Below are positions 35,530 through 49,154 of a stretch of DNA of 64,000 nt, piece after piece (positions within the stretch are counted from its first letter, which is position 1; each line of letters opens with the position of its first letter). The notes under the pieces were generated by a model, which saw only the letters and a list, made by a program, of their open reading frames with translations, did not search any database and had not been told where the DNA came from. Source of the stretch: Protoeuglena noctilucae (Eukaryota). A program made the position numbers and the translations under genes. The DNA lies in assembly GCA_958009085.1 (NCBI GenBank), contig OY253681.1:248001-312000 (forward strand). The letters are read 5' to 3'.

Positions 35530-38500
35530 ATGAGCGCGAGGCGCAGGTGCGCGGCCGCTCCCCTGGCCCGGCGGAACCCGCGATGCAGGCCGGCCCGCAA
35601 CGGAACGGTCCATCGCCCCCTCTCCTTTGATCGCAGCGCTGGTCCCGTCACGCACACCGACCAGGCGATCCTCAGGTACCTCAAAGAGGTCAAGAGTGGG
35701 GACCCTGACTTTGCGGATGTCATTCAAGCCTTGGAACGGACTCTGGACGTCAAAAAGAAAGAGCGCGGTGAGCACCATGCCGCGCATCGGCCCCGTCGCT
35801 GCCGCCTCGGGCCTCTCCCCGAGTCTAGACGCCCTCACGCCCTGGTCCGGCCTACGCAAACCGCCCTGCCGCGTCCTCGGTCCGCAGATATGGCCGCGTT
35901 CGCATCCTTCCACGTTAAGGATGGCAAGCGCCCCGTGTTCCACAACATTCTGTCCTTTCGCGAGGGGCCCGAGCCGCAGCGCTACGTCGACAGCTTCGGC
36001 CGCCTCTGCCGATGGGTGGACGGCTGCATTGAGCTCTACCGTTACGAGCTGAGCCGCGTCCTTTATCCCATCATGGTGTTCACCTACCTGCGGCTCATAC
36101 AGAGGGAGGAGAAGCCGTCCGAAGCGGCTGCAGCGCGGCTTCTGGAGGACCACCGCCACCGGTTCCGGGAAGTCGCGGGCAAAGCCTGCGTCAGGTGCGC
36201 GCTCGATGGATCTACATGCGGTTGCGTTCCCAGGATGTGGGGCGCGCGTTGGCCCGAACGGGGCGCTTGCTTTGCCGGGACGGGATGCACCTGCCCGCGC
36301 TGCGGACTCCTTCCGCCTGTTCGTCCCGCAGGCGCAACCAGGAGATGCGCTTTCTCGAGGGCATTGCGTCGGCCAAGCAGCTGCAGACCCCCGCGGCCGC
36401 CAAGCTGGTCGAGGCGACGTACTCGCTCACCATGTGCGAGTTCACGCGCGACTTGCTGTTCACGTTCCTCCAGGGGTCGAAAATGCCGCTGATCCTCGCC
36501 ATCGTCGTCGAGAACCTGCGCATCCACGTCGAGGGGCGCCCGCCCATGCAGGTGCGTGTGTGTGCAGTGGCAGCACGCTGCAAGGGTCCAGCAATGCGGG
36601 GAGCTGTTTTCAGGGCTTTGTATCGTATGATGCAAGCATACGAGCGCACGCTGCGATGCTAGTCGGCGAGAGTCATTGCATATTGGAGCCGTGGCGTGAG
36701 CGCGCAGGTAGTGGACGATCCTGACATCGACCTCCCCGTGGGCAGCGGTGCGGGCAACGGGACCGCGGAGGACGTGACGAACGACCGGGAGGTGCATCTG
36801 GGTCGCGTGCAGCAGAATTGGGAGGCGCGGATGGACGAGGAGCAGAAGCGGTTGAAGGCAGAGGTGAGCAAGTCGCCCTGACACACAGCCAAGGTGTATG
36901 CCGCATGGTGTGCGCCGCACAGTCGGATCACGGGTGTCGTGTGGCTCCCCGCTGCAGTTCAAGCGCAAGATGGACGAGTATAACAAGCTGAAGAAGTCGG
37001 ACCCATCCGCACAACCGCCCAAGGTGGGTGTGCATGGCAGCAGTAGTGCACCTTGGCGCACCACGATCGGGTGTCCTTCCAGGATGTCACCCGTGCCTGC
37101 ACGAGTGCCTTTTGGATGGACTCAGACAATCTGCGGGCTCTGTCCAGCACGTGCATGCCACGGCACTGCACGTGGCGATCTGGCACTCCTGTCGCCCTCC
37201 GTGCTCTGTGTTCAGGAGCCCCAGGTGGTCCCGGTGTTCCCGGGCGCGGTGAAGCCCAAGGAGCCAAGCGAGGTCCTCAAGGCGATTCTGGACGGGGTAA
37301 ACCCTGCACACGAGGCGGAGGTGCTGGCCGCGATGCGAGCGCGGGCGCTGCCCGACGCCACGCACCTCCCGTCGTGCTGCTTCTTCACTTTCGTCAACAC
37401 GGCGTTCGGGCTCACGTGCGCGACGTCGACCAAGGGAGCCACGATGGTCGCGGGGGGCTTTGAGGACTCGTCCAGTGAGTGTGTGACACACACGCCTGCC
37501 CTCCCGACCCTTTGTGTCCATGCCTCCATGCCCATCTTCTCTCATCCCAAGTGCTAGCGCCGCTAGTCAACGCGCACACCTTATTCATCGTTTCTGCCCA
37601 CCGCAGCCCGGCTCTACGATCTGAAGGACGGGGCAGAGGGGTTGTCGGAGGCAGCACGCACAGCAGGGCTCTCGGGCACGCAGCCTGCGGCGGTGATGCG
37701 GGGTCACACGGGGCCCGTGTACGGCGTGGACTTCAGCCCGGATGGGAGTTTGTTGGTCAGCGGGAGCGCGGACGGGACGGCGCGCATATGGACGACGGAG
37801 CTCAAGTGCTGCGCCGCCACGTACCAGGCAAGGGCTGGCTGCATGACGACTGACATCCTTTTGCCGATGTATAGAGAAGTCGCCTCTCTCAGTTGGCACG
37901 CCTCTCTCAACATGGCTTGCGTGCTTTCCACAACGCGCTGCGGACCCGCCGCTACCCCGCAGCAGCACATGTTCCCCATCTGGGACGTGGCCTTCGCGCC
38001 ATTTGGCTACTTCTTCGCCACCGGCGGCGCCGACACGACCTGCCAGGTGTTCACGACAGACCGCAAGTATCCAGTGCGTATCATGGTGGGCCACCAGTCC
38101 GACGTCGACTGCGTCTGCTGGCACCCGAATTGCACGCTGATCGCCACGGGGTCCAGCGACCGCACCGTGCGGCTCTGGGACCTCAACAGCGGCCTTTGCG
38201 TGCGCGTCTTGTCAGGTGACCCAACTGCACCCCTGCACTCGATGGCGCTTCGTCTGCCGCCCATGCGGGGCGCGCGTTGGTGCTGCACGCGCTCGGATGA
38301 TGAATGGGCCTGTTAAGGGTCGCTTTGCGGGTGCCCGCATCAGTTCCGCAAGGCTGGCCCCTGACCTTGTCTGCAGGGATGCGGGAGGCGGCGACGTCGC
38401 TCGCTGTCAGCCCCGACGGTGCGACGATCGCGGCGGGGAGCGAGGACGGGTCGGTGCGGGTGTGGGACATCGGCAAGGCGCAGCAGATGGCGTGCTTGGT

Positions 38501-39081
38501 GGGACACCAGGTGAGCAGGGGTGCGACCTGTCGTGAGTAGTCTTGCATTTGGCCACCGTGCCTATGGCCTCTCCCACCCTGGGCAGCTCGCAGCGAGCCG
38601 TGTATTCGGTTGGATCCTACATTTCTGACGGTGTTTGCTGTGCGTCTGCTGTGTCTGGTCCATTCTGCAAAGCCCGTCACATGTGCTGGCCACGTCGTTG
38701 TTTCACAGGGCCCCGTGTGGTCTTTGGCGCATTCCGAGGGGGAGGGCAGGCTGCTGTGTTCGGGGAGCGCCGACTGCACCGTCAAGATATGGCAGAACCC
38801 CGCGTTCGGGGAGCTGCGGGCCGAGCAGGGGGTGAGACGCCGAGCGTGTCGCTTCGTGTTTGCTGGGCACGCGCGTTTCGACACGATTCGCTGAAGCGCA
38901 GCGGCGATGTGTTATTCCGCAGCAGAGCGAGGAGCAGGCGGACAAGCGGCGCAAGAAGGAGGCCAATTACCTCCTGCGCACGTGGCAGACCAAGAGCACG
39001 CACGTCTATCACCTCAACTTCACGTGGAGCAACCTCCTGCTGGGTGCCGGGGCACTGACACTGCCCCATTACGCTTTGTAA
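35530..39081 (+). CDS. TAF5: TFIID subunit 5 (NTD2 + WD40 repeats)
   Basis: YRYELSRVLYPIMVFTYLRLI (NTD2), LPSCCFFTFVN, GHTGPVYGVDFSPDG, GHQSDVDCVCWHPN, ATGSSDRTVRLWD, TKST.V..L.FT.SNLLL. Confidence 0.93.
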
Positions 39082-39561
39082 GTGACCGCGGTCCTTGCGG
39101 CGACGGCATGCGCGTGTCTAGGCCGCAGAGATGTCGGCGAGTGCTCTTGCGCTGCATGTGCACGGGCCAGGGACGCTTTGGGAAGATCCGAATGTTTGAC
39201 TGGCCCCTTGAATGCTCGAAAGGGACCTGTGTCTGCATTGGTCGGACTGCCGGGCCGTTTCTTGCGGAGCGCAGCGGGGGTGCAGCCAGTTCCGACCGGT
39301 CCGAACCAGGCGCGCAGAGCTCGTTGGCGCGATGTGCGGCGATTGTTCGAGCAGTTTGGCTTGTTGGTGTGACTTCTCTGCAGGCGGCGTCGCGTGGACG
39401 GGGCGATTTCCCGCACTTGGTCCCCGTTCTGCAGCGGACCCGGACGTCCTCGGGGCTTTTGAGCGGTCCTGCATTCGTAAACGCGAATAAAGTGTGCATT
39501 GAAGGCCTGCGTGCGTCCCGCTCGCGTCGGTGCGCGCCCCCGCGCGTTCCCAGGTGCTCCC

Positions 39562-42500
39562 ATGGCCGGCGAGGGCGCGGAGGCGGGGCAGCAGGGCCAG
39601 GGAGATGGCATAAATGGTCACGGTAAGCATATTGCGCGACATCGGCCAAGGGGCTCCTCCCCCGAGCGGTGGTGCTGGTGCTGGTGTCGCCAGTGCATCG
39701 GCTTACTTACTTCTCAGGCCTCCCTCGCTCGCAGGAACTGACAGGTCCCCCCGGCCGCTGGTGCCATGGCGCGTCCAGGTCTGGGCACTTGCGTGCAAGA
39801 GCGCCGTCTACGAGCGTCGGCGGTGGAGGGTCAACCTCAACATCGTGCTGGTCCCCCTGGTCGTCTGCGTCATCCTCTATGTCCTCCAGCGAGCCATCAA
39901 CTCGCAGATCGTCAACGACCCGCTGAACAAGGTGCGGCGCTGGCACGCAGTGTTGAAGCCTGGCGATGCGGGCTGGACATCGTGACCCCTCCAAATCACG
40001 GGCAGCGATGTCCCCACTTGTACCGCAGTGCGGCTGCAAATGCCTCCGCTGCTGCGAGTGGGTGCCAACCGGGGGCCTTTACGCGGCAGCACCGCTGCTG
40101 GGCGGATGGCATTGGGAATGCCGCGACGCGACGGACGCAAATCCGTGCTCGCCCTTTGCCGAGGTGAGACCTGGCCCCACGAGAAGCCCCGTCGCCCTGC
40201 CTCCCGCACATGCCGCGCTACGCTAAGCTCCCAAGACCCATTAACCGCAGTGTGAGAGGCACGACGAGAGCGTGTGTGGCATTAGCTTCTCGACGCCCGC
40301 TCAGGCGACGTTCTGCGCCATCACTCACCCGCCCACCTGGCCCGCGCTGCTCCCCTTCCCGATCCCCGCGTATCGCGACGAGAAGCTTTCGGGCCCCGAC
40401 GGCGTGGTGGGCCAGGATCCCCCCGGCCTGCCCCGCGACGTCGCAGTGCTGATGCACGCTGGGGACGACCCCGAGCTCTCCGCCCGGCTGGCGGGCAACT
40501 CCCTGCAGAGGACCTTTACGGGGGAGCTCGTCGCTGCCGGGGTGAGGAATCAGAGCTTGGCTGTTCGCCTGCGCAATCGCACAGCGGGGACTTGACCACC
40601 TGCGCTCATGCTGTCCCTTGTACCACAGCGCTGAGTCTGAATCATAAGCTGCGCTCTGCTGACACGTCCTGTTACTGAAATGTTTCCGTTATCCACGCAG
40701 CTGTTGGACCCGGGCCTGTCCGGCGCATCGTTCCCCGGCCTGAGCTCCAACAGCAGCTCCCTGAGTGCCTTCGGGAGCCTCAGCTTCGACGTCGCCTTCG
40801 CCCAGGACACCCTGCAGCTCTCGCGCGCGCTGTCGTACGTCGTTCTCGGCACGGCTGCCGACTCGTCGCCGACGCTGCTGGTCGAGCCGGGGCTGCTGCC
40901 GGACGCGCAGACGACCAGCGCCTCCAACCACTTCCTCGCCACGCAAGCGCAGCTCCCGCAGCCGAGACCCCTGTACGTCGTGCAGGAGGGGACGTGCGCA
41001 CCCGTGCCCACCGCTGCGGCGATCGCCACGCCGCAGGCCGGGCGAGTGCTGCTGCTCGCTCCCTGCCGCGGCCGACTTGGGCTGACATGCAGAGCGGCGC
41101 TGCGCCGCGGCCTGTGTCTGAGTGAGAAATGGTGACGATAAGAATGTTTGTATGTAACAACATCCGCAGGTTCGTGAGCCGGGAGTGCGCGGGGGTGGCG
41201 TTGGAGCCGGCGGGCGACGGCGAGACCATAAGCCGCCAGGTCTACTGCGGGTGGCTGCGGTCCGACTGCATCTTCATCGCCGGGAGCGACCCTCCGAAGA
41301 CGGTGGAGGTCATGAAGGTCCCTTCGTCCCTCAACACCCGCGACCGTGCGCCGGATCTGATCCGAGAGTTCCCCAGCGCGCTCTTCGATTGGAGAGACAC
41401 CACGACCGCGCCAGAGCCGAAGCTCAACGTCGCCATCCACGTCAACAACACCCAGGTGCGTTCCAAGCATCCGCGCGTCGCACAGAGTGACGAGACTGCT
41501 GATGAGAGTGATGCTTGGTGCGTGATGACGTCCCTTGCTGCGCCTGCTGTGTCTGCAGATCCAGAAGATCGTCGACGGGCAGAACTACGCGGGCAAGGTA
41601 CCCTACAGCGTCGAGCGATGGAACCGGGCCATCAACATGGCCACCAACGCACTCCTGCAGGAGGTGAGTGAGGGCTGTGAGTGTCGCCTGTACCGACGAG
41701 TACTGGTTTATGGCTGAGTACATTCGCCACTCGGGCAGCGTGCAGTGTTGCTGTTTGACGTTTTGCGACAAGACCACCCTCTTGTGTACACGTGCCACCG
41801 TCACGCTGAGCCTGCACTCACCGCCCTGTGCCTGCCCCCTTGCTTGGCACGCAGGTGCAGCCGGGGTCGATCATTCGGCTCGAGGGCGTGCGTGACTTCC
41901 CCAAAGAGTCCACGGGTCTGGCCCTGGATCTGTCAGGGCTTGTCGGTGTGTTGTTCTATCTATGGATCCTGCAGCTGCTCATCCCCTCGTGCCTGTATGC
42001 GCTGGTGAGACGATGACACATGATAGGGCACCACAAACGCAAGACGAGTGCCAAGCTAGCTAGAGTCAAAGACCGCACCGTTGTCCCAGCATGTTCGCCT
42101 CGCCGTGGCAGGTTGGCAATCACAGCCCGCACTCTCGTCACATAACCACCACCTCACCTCACTGTAGGTGGGCGAGAAGGAGCGCAACCTCCGCGTCATC
42201 ATGAAGCTTCACGGACTTCGCGACTCGGCCTACTATACTGCCAGCTATCTGTGGTACCTGGGGCTCTACGGCGTCTATGTGACCGTGTTCAGGTGAGCAA
42301 CACGAGCAGACGCACGGGGCCAATGCCTGCCGAACAGTCATATATTCGCACCCTCGCCTGCCTCGCCCTGTCAGCTCGCCCCACCCGTCGCCTAACATCA
42401 CTTGCTGCCCTTGCCGCCCTCCCCGCAGCGTGTCGGGGCACTTGCTGGGTCTGAGCATCTTCAACAAGACCCAAGGCACCCTCCTCGCGCTCACCCTCTT

Positions 42501-45500
42501 CGTCTGGGGCAACCTCATGGTGACGGCCGCAGCACGATGCCCCAACGTGCTTTGGTCTGAGCAACGCCACGCAGCACGTTCGCTCCCGTTAGCTCCTCGC
42601 GCTGCAAAACACAAGGCCGCTTGAGACATGCTATCCCATCCGGGTCCCCTGCGCAATGCAGCGTGGCAAGCATAAAGCGTAGACCGATGTTTGTAACCGA
42701 TGTCCCCCACCCCACCCGCCCCCCGCAGGTGGCGTGGAGCTCCTTCATGGCGGCCCTCGCCCAGAACGCCACGTCCTCGGTGCTGGCTTTCCTCGTTTGG
42801 CTCTTCGCCTCGGCATTCGTGGCCGACTCTGTGCTGCAGCACTACATGCAGGCGAGGGTGTGACCCTGGGGTGCAGGAGATGCCAGGATGCCGTGGTTGA
42901 TGAGCATATCAGTGCAGATGTGCGGATTACATGGTTTGCAAGTCTTGTGGTCGCCTGCAACTACCACACCCCCGCATGGCCGCTCCGCACCCCACGCAAC
43001 CCTCAGACACTCAGCTAGCCATCGCTCGACAACAACAGCTCACTGCGCTCGACTCGCTTTCTTCCAACGACGTAGGAGGGCCCCCTGTGGGTCTCCCGCC
43101 TGCTGGAGCTGCACCCCAGCTTCGGCCTGTACCGCGTGTTGTGGGAGGCAGCGCAGTATTCCTTCCTTGGGGATTACACCAACAGCTTCGGCCTCACGTT
43201 TGCCAAGACCAGGGACCCCGGGTGCGACTACTGGTACGTCATCATCGTCTGGGTCGTCGAGTGGGCGGCGTTTCTGGCACTGGCGTGGTACATCGACCAG
43301 GTGGGTTGGGAGTGGGGGTGTATGGGACACTGGGAGTGGGAATGGATGGTGGCGATTCGTACCAGTGTCACTTCGTGGTATATCCACAGGCAATCCATCA
43401 TAGGTATGCATGTGTGGCATAGATAGTCTACATGCATGCGTGTCTTGAGAAAGGTACATGCATCTCACGCACACACACAGGTGTCGAGCATGGGAACGGG
43501 CGCAGCCAAGCATCCGCTCTTCTTCCTGGGATTCAAACGAGGCGACAGGGGCGCAGCAGGGACCGCGGGGCTCAAGGGATGGCTCGCGAGGTGAGCGCTA
43601 GTGCACTGCACGACGCCGGGGATGCCACAGCACGTTGGCTCGCAGCACGAGGCCGGACATCCGCGCACGCCACAGCTGCAGCGCAGTTCATCAGCGTCAA
43701 CACTGCATCACTTATTGTCACCCTTTCAAATCGTCGCTCGCTTGCAGGATGCGTTCGGGCAAGGGCGGTGCGCCGAGTGCTGGCTCTGCGGCGCGGCAGG
43801 GTGGACACCTGGCAGCCCTGGGCGCACCCATGGCGCGCGTCACGTCTCAGGGCGCCACGGCAATGGGATCTGCGGGCAGCGCGACGCCTTCGGACATGAC
43901 AGCAATCAGCGACAGCCGGGTGCAGCGACGGTCGCGGCGGGTGGATGAGGAGCGGCCGCCCGCCAAGCGACAGCCGGCGCGCGAGCCGGGGCACATGATC
44001 CTGGGGGGGCGGCGCCGGACCACCTACCTGACGGCAGAGGTGAGGGCGTGTGGGTGTGGGTGAGCGCGTGTGGGTGTGGGTGAGGGCGTGTGAGATAAGG
44101 TGAGCGCCTGTGGTTGTGGGTGTTGCAGCACCACACTATCAGTAGTAAGTAACTATTGCTTCGTGTTTTGAATCCATACTTGCAGGTGTTGGAGGCGATC
44201 GAGAGGGACCTGGTGACGGCCGAGGACGGGGCTGACCGCGGCCCTCGGTTCGCGACGGTAGGGCCCTGGAGGACGCCTTCCAGTGCCGACATGGCCAGGA
44301 TCGTCAGGTGACCATGGAAGGGGTTGGGTGGTAGATGGAGAGGTGACTCAGCACATGGGAAACGTGATATGTCTTCGGCCGACCATCGCTCTCACAACAG
44401 CACGTTTTCAGTCCCCCACCCTTCCTGACCCATCGTCCCTGCCTTCGTTGCAGGGAGCTGCGAGAGGAGGTGCGGCGCGACCCGGAGGCGCTGCTGGGCG
44501 GCAGGAGGGCATCAGAGGCATACAGCGACGTGCCACTCGAAGACGGCAACGCCAATGGCAACGCGAATGGTAATGGCAATGGCAGTGGTAATGGAAATGG
44601 CAACGCAAATGGCAACAACGCCAATGGCAACGGTCATAGCAACGCGAGGTCCTCTGCTGCGTTGGGGATCGAGGGAGTGTCGAGGTCGTCGGTCGCTGCC
44701 GTGGAGGGCAGCCGGGGGTGAGGGGTGGATGGGTGCTGGCAGCTATGTGCTAGCTGGTTGTGGCAGCTGCGGTTGCTGGGTGGGGGTGGGGTGGCAGTGG
44801 GTGGTGGACCGATGGGTAGCGACCGTCATGATGGATGGGGCTAAGCCTGTGACGGTGACCATCTTGCGATATGATTATTGCATGTGGAATAGCTCTGTGT
44901 TCACTGGCTGCAGCAACGCCAGGCGGTCGGCAGGCGCACGCAAGGCACAGAGGGCGCCGTCCACGGCCTCCAGGCGAGTCATGCGCACAGCACATGTGAT
45001 GCTGAGGGGTGGTGCTGCGTCTCTATGCTGTGCTGTGATGCTGGTTTCTCAATGCTTTGTTTCATACCACACAAACGTGTCTCTGTGTTGTGCCTAGTCA
45101 TCATCCAAAGGCCCATCCCTCTGCTCTCTCCCCACGCAGCAAGGCGGGGTCGATGTCGCTGGGGTCGGGCGCGGGGCACGCGATGGGTCCTGAGCCTGAG
45201 GACGTGCTCCGCGAGCGAATGAGGGCAGGTGCGTGATGTTACCAGCTCCGCAGTCAGAGCACATCTCGCCTGTTGCACCACGCATCACCGTGCATCGCAC
45301 CTCTCCTGAGCTGCATCGCTCTTTACCATTATCACCGTCATCCCCACCATCACATCACCTCCCTCCCCTTTCCCAGAGCTCCTCCACCGCCTGATGCAGC
45401 GGGCGGGGCCGGGCGCCACCTCGGCATCGGTGGTGATGGCAGGGCTGCGAAAGACATACGCAGTGGCTGGGGAGACAAGGACTGCAGTCGAGGACTTGAG

Positions 45501-47843
45501 TCTCGCTATCAACCGAAACGAGTGTTTTGGCCTGCTGGGGCCCAACGGGGCGGGTGAGGGGCGGTGGGGTGGGGTGGGGTTGTGGGGGGCACAGTAGGGT
45601 AGTGAGAGCGGCAGTAGCAGGGGTGAAATTGGAAGAGAGGGGGGATGTGGTGCACGTGTATCACCGATGAGCTTCATCTCTTGATCGACTCTCATTGATC
45701 GTTGACTGCTCTGAAATTCACACGCAGGCAAGACGACGACCATTCGGTGCCTGGAGGGCTTCGTGGAGCCGACATCGGGGTCTGTGCTGGTGGAGGGGCT
45801 GTCGGTGATCACAAGTGAGTGTTGTGAGAGCAGTGAGAGCAGTGAGCTGTGCTGATGGAGGGGTGGAGGGGTGGGGATGACGACAAGTGAGGGGTGTGCT
45901 GGAAGAGCGGATGTCACTACGCGTCCCTCACACCTTATCATCGCATGTCGACTTAGCTACAATTTCTGCATGTCAGCCAAGACACCACCTCTCCTCTCTC
46001 TCCTCACCCCCAGGCATGGACCGCGTGCACCCTTTGATGGGCGTGTGCCCGCAGCACGACACTTTGTGGCCGTCCCTCACTGCCCGCGAGCACCTCTCCT
46101 TCTACGCCCGCATCAAGGGCGTCACGGGGAATGCCCTGCGCAAGGCGGTCGAGGAGGCGCTGGTGGACGTCAACCTACTCGCAGGCGAGGCTCGATTCGG
46201 CTTGATACTAAGCCATATTTAATTTCGCTTGATCATGCGTAGGACTGACAAGTGTCGGTGTAACGTGTACAGTATCAACATACTCCCACATATGACTCAC
46301 TCTGTCATGCACCCGCAGAGGGTGCGGCGGACCGCCCCTGCGGTCAGCTGAGCGGGGGCCAGCGCCGTCGCCTGTCCGTGGCCATTGCGCTGGTCGGTGA
46401 CCCTGCGGTGGTTTACCTCGACGAACCCAGCTCGGGGCTGGACCCCGCGTCGCGACACATGCTGGCGAGTATCGGTGGGGTCGGGGTTGATGGGATGAGT
46501 GGGAGGCTGTGCACATGCTGGCGAGTGTTGGTGCTGCGGGTGTGGGTGGGATGAGTTGACAGATGGGTGGCTGTGCACATGTCGATACGCACTTGCTGAT
46601 GAGTGCGCGTGTGGATGGCATACGTGGATGGGTTGCTGTGTGCGCACACATGCTGGCGTGTGCAAATGATCGACATGCCTCCTGTGCTGTTCCGCAGTGG
46701 CGCAGCGTGGAGCGTGCCAAGCAGCGCAGCACGGTCGTGCTCACCACCCACAGCATGGAGGAGGCGGAGGTGAGACGAGGGGTGTGGTATGAGAAATGAG
46801 ATGTGAGTCATAGCATGGAGGAGGCAGGGGTGGGGTATTGTGCCCTGCGCGACTGCATCGGCATCATGACCAGCACTCTCACGTTGCCTTTGCTCTACCC
46901 CCCAGTCTCTCCCCTACCCCCTACCCCCCAGGCCCTGTGTGACCACATCGACATCATTACTACCATCAACACCCACTCACCCACTCTCCCTCTAACCCTA
47001 TCCCTCACCCCCAGGCCCTGTGTGACCGCATCGGCATCATGGCCCACGGCCGGCTGCGCACGGTCGGCACCGCACCCGAGCTCACCGCCCGCCACGGCGC
47101 CTTCCTCCTCCTCCACATGCTGGTGCCAGAAACGCAGTCGGCCCTCGCCGTCGACGCCGTGCTGCGACACGTGGCCCGCGACGCCAAGGCGAGGGGGGTG
47201 GCGCGCGTTGGGGTGTGCGTTGGCGATGCGGTGGGCGTGGTTGGGGCGGTGGGGGATGTGCATGTGTGGGGGGGCGGGTTTTGGGGTGCAAAGGGAGTCA
47301 GAGACTTGTGCCCTGTGCTATCTATGCACATGTCATCTCGCACACAGCCCTGTGCTATCCATGCTACCCTCACCGCCTCTCTCACATCCTCAACCCTGCC
47401 CCTTGGCCACGCAGGTGGTCTATGAGCTGGGCGGCTCCCTCCGATTCGAAGTCCCTGTGGCGGCGTGCCCCCTCAGCCACGTGTTCGACACCATGCAGGG
47501 TGAGTGGGCGTAGAGGCAGCAGCGCATGCAGACGCAGAGTAAGTGGGCACGGACAGTGACGGCGAGGAGTGCACAGGCTGCACAGCGTCGATTGCACATA
47601 GTGACCCCCATTGACACCTGCGATGCATGTGCAGGTACTCTCGCATCCAAGAGAGATGGCAAAAGATGGCATTCCACCACCTCTCTTCCCGCTTCTACAA
47701 CCGCAGGGATGGCCAAGCACGGGGTGCAGGTGCTCGACTGGGGGGTGTCCAATGCCACGCTGGAGGACGTCTTCAACGATGTGGCGGCGGCAGCGGTGGC
47801 AGAGGCCGCGGCAGAGGGGGGGGTGGGGGTTGGGGCCGTGTGA
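39562..47843 (+). CDS. Half-size ABC transporter, subfamily A (plant ATH-like)
   Basis: CGCKC, CGISFST..Q...[16 protein letters not shown], Walker A GPNGAGKTT, GVCPQHD.LW, signature LSGGQRRRL, Walker [30 protein letters not shown]; many exons. Confidence 0.92.
44545..44643 (+). repeat. Asn-Gly low-complexity coding repeat in ABCA linker
   Basis: Encodes [30 protein letters not shown]. Confidence 0.8.
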
Positions 47844-48053
47844 GCATAGCAGTGCACCTCTTTGCGCTGGGTGCACTAGGCGTGTTGGGGCACAGCAGCT
47901 GCAGAGACAGCGCCCAGTGACACTGCCGCTGTTTGTTGACATGGGACAGCAACAGTGCAGCATTCCCGTCCTTTCAAGCAGCCTGGCTGTTGAAGCGAGC
48001 TGAGCAAAGGCCACTGCATTGGACCTCATAATACGCAGACACAAGCGAGGCGT

Positions 48054-49154
48054 CTAATCCCGACGCTTGTCCTTCTTGTGCTCTTTCTTGTCCATATCCC
48101 CCTTCTTATCCTTCTCTTTCCTATCCCTATCCCCCTTCTTATCCTTACCTCTCCTATCCCTGTCCCCCTTCTTATCCTTATCCTTATCCTTCTTGTCCCG
48201 CTTCTCTGGGCTGCCGCCCTCCACCTCCCCATCCCGCTTCCTCTTCTTATCCTTTTCCTCGCCCTTTGCTTTACCCCCCTTGTTGTCGTCCACCTCTCTG
48301 TCATGCTTTCCCTCCTTCTCACCCCTTCGGCTACCCTCCCTCGCCCCATCGTCGCTTTTCGCACCCTTGCCCCCATCCCGCCCACCCTGCTTCTTCTTTC
48401 CCTTTCCCCCATCTCTCCCACTCTCCCCGCCGCCCCCTTCGCCCCTCTTGGCCGACGCACCCCCTTCTTGCAAAGCACGCCGGACTGCATGCGAGGGACA
48501 AAGCACGATCGCTGTCGGCACCATCAGTTCCCACAAACACTCCCCACAGCCGCAACGCCGACCCCTCAGCGCACCCGTGAGTCTTCGGGAGACGGGCAGC
48601 GGCCGCAGGGCTCCACCCTTCTCCCCCACCACGTATGTCTGCTTCCTCATATGCACGTGCTGCTCCACCACCTCCCAGCCGCGGCCCGACGGGCCCTCCA
48701 GCGTCCCCACGACCCCGACGCTGTCTTCCGGGCTGTCATCGATGACCAATTCCCTGCGGACGGCGCGGCGAGGGGTCAGGGCGCGGCTGCGATTGCGCGC
48801 CGCGCATCGGCACACGCTCGGCCGCAGCGACTGGCGCGCGCCTTCAATATAATCGATATGCGGTGGCTTAGACATTTTCTTCTTCGGTTACATAAGCAAT
48901 ATCCGCAATCAAACCCGTCCGTCCCGCACCTGCCGTGGAGCTGCACCAGGTCGAGGCCCTCGGGCGGCAGCTGCAAGAGCCACACCTCCTGGCCCTCCCC
49001 GACGCCCGAGCAATCGAGCAGCGGTTTTGCCTGCGGAAGATGAAGCGAGCGGGTGGACAAGAGCGCGTACGGAGCGTACGGGACGCGCGGGCAACGAAGC
49101 GGCGGCCAGTGACACCTTGACCCGCACGAAACCCTCAGGGATGTGGGCCGCCAT
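48054..49154 (-). CDS. RNA polymerase I A34/PAF49-like (plant mediator-associated protein 2-like) protein with Lys/Asp-rich tail
   Basis: Spliced IPEGF...PLLD...EVWLLQLP...LHGRELV, resembling the ELWLIQxP motif; long KDKDKK tail. Confidence 0.6.

Noticed and set aside
16916..39081. Non-standard code (TAA/TAG = Gln, as in some ulvophytes)
   Set aside because: RidA and YKT6 end in TAG, and RBCS and TAF5 in TAA, at the expected C-termini.
6104..49154. Apparent cluster of transcription genes (RPA43, TBP, TAF5, RPA34-like, HMG)
   Set aside because: Interspersed with unrelated genes; cannot be told from chance without synteny data.
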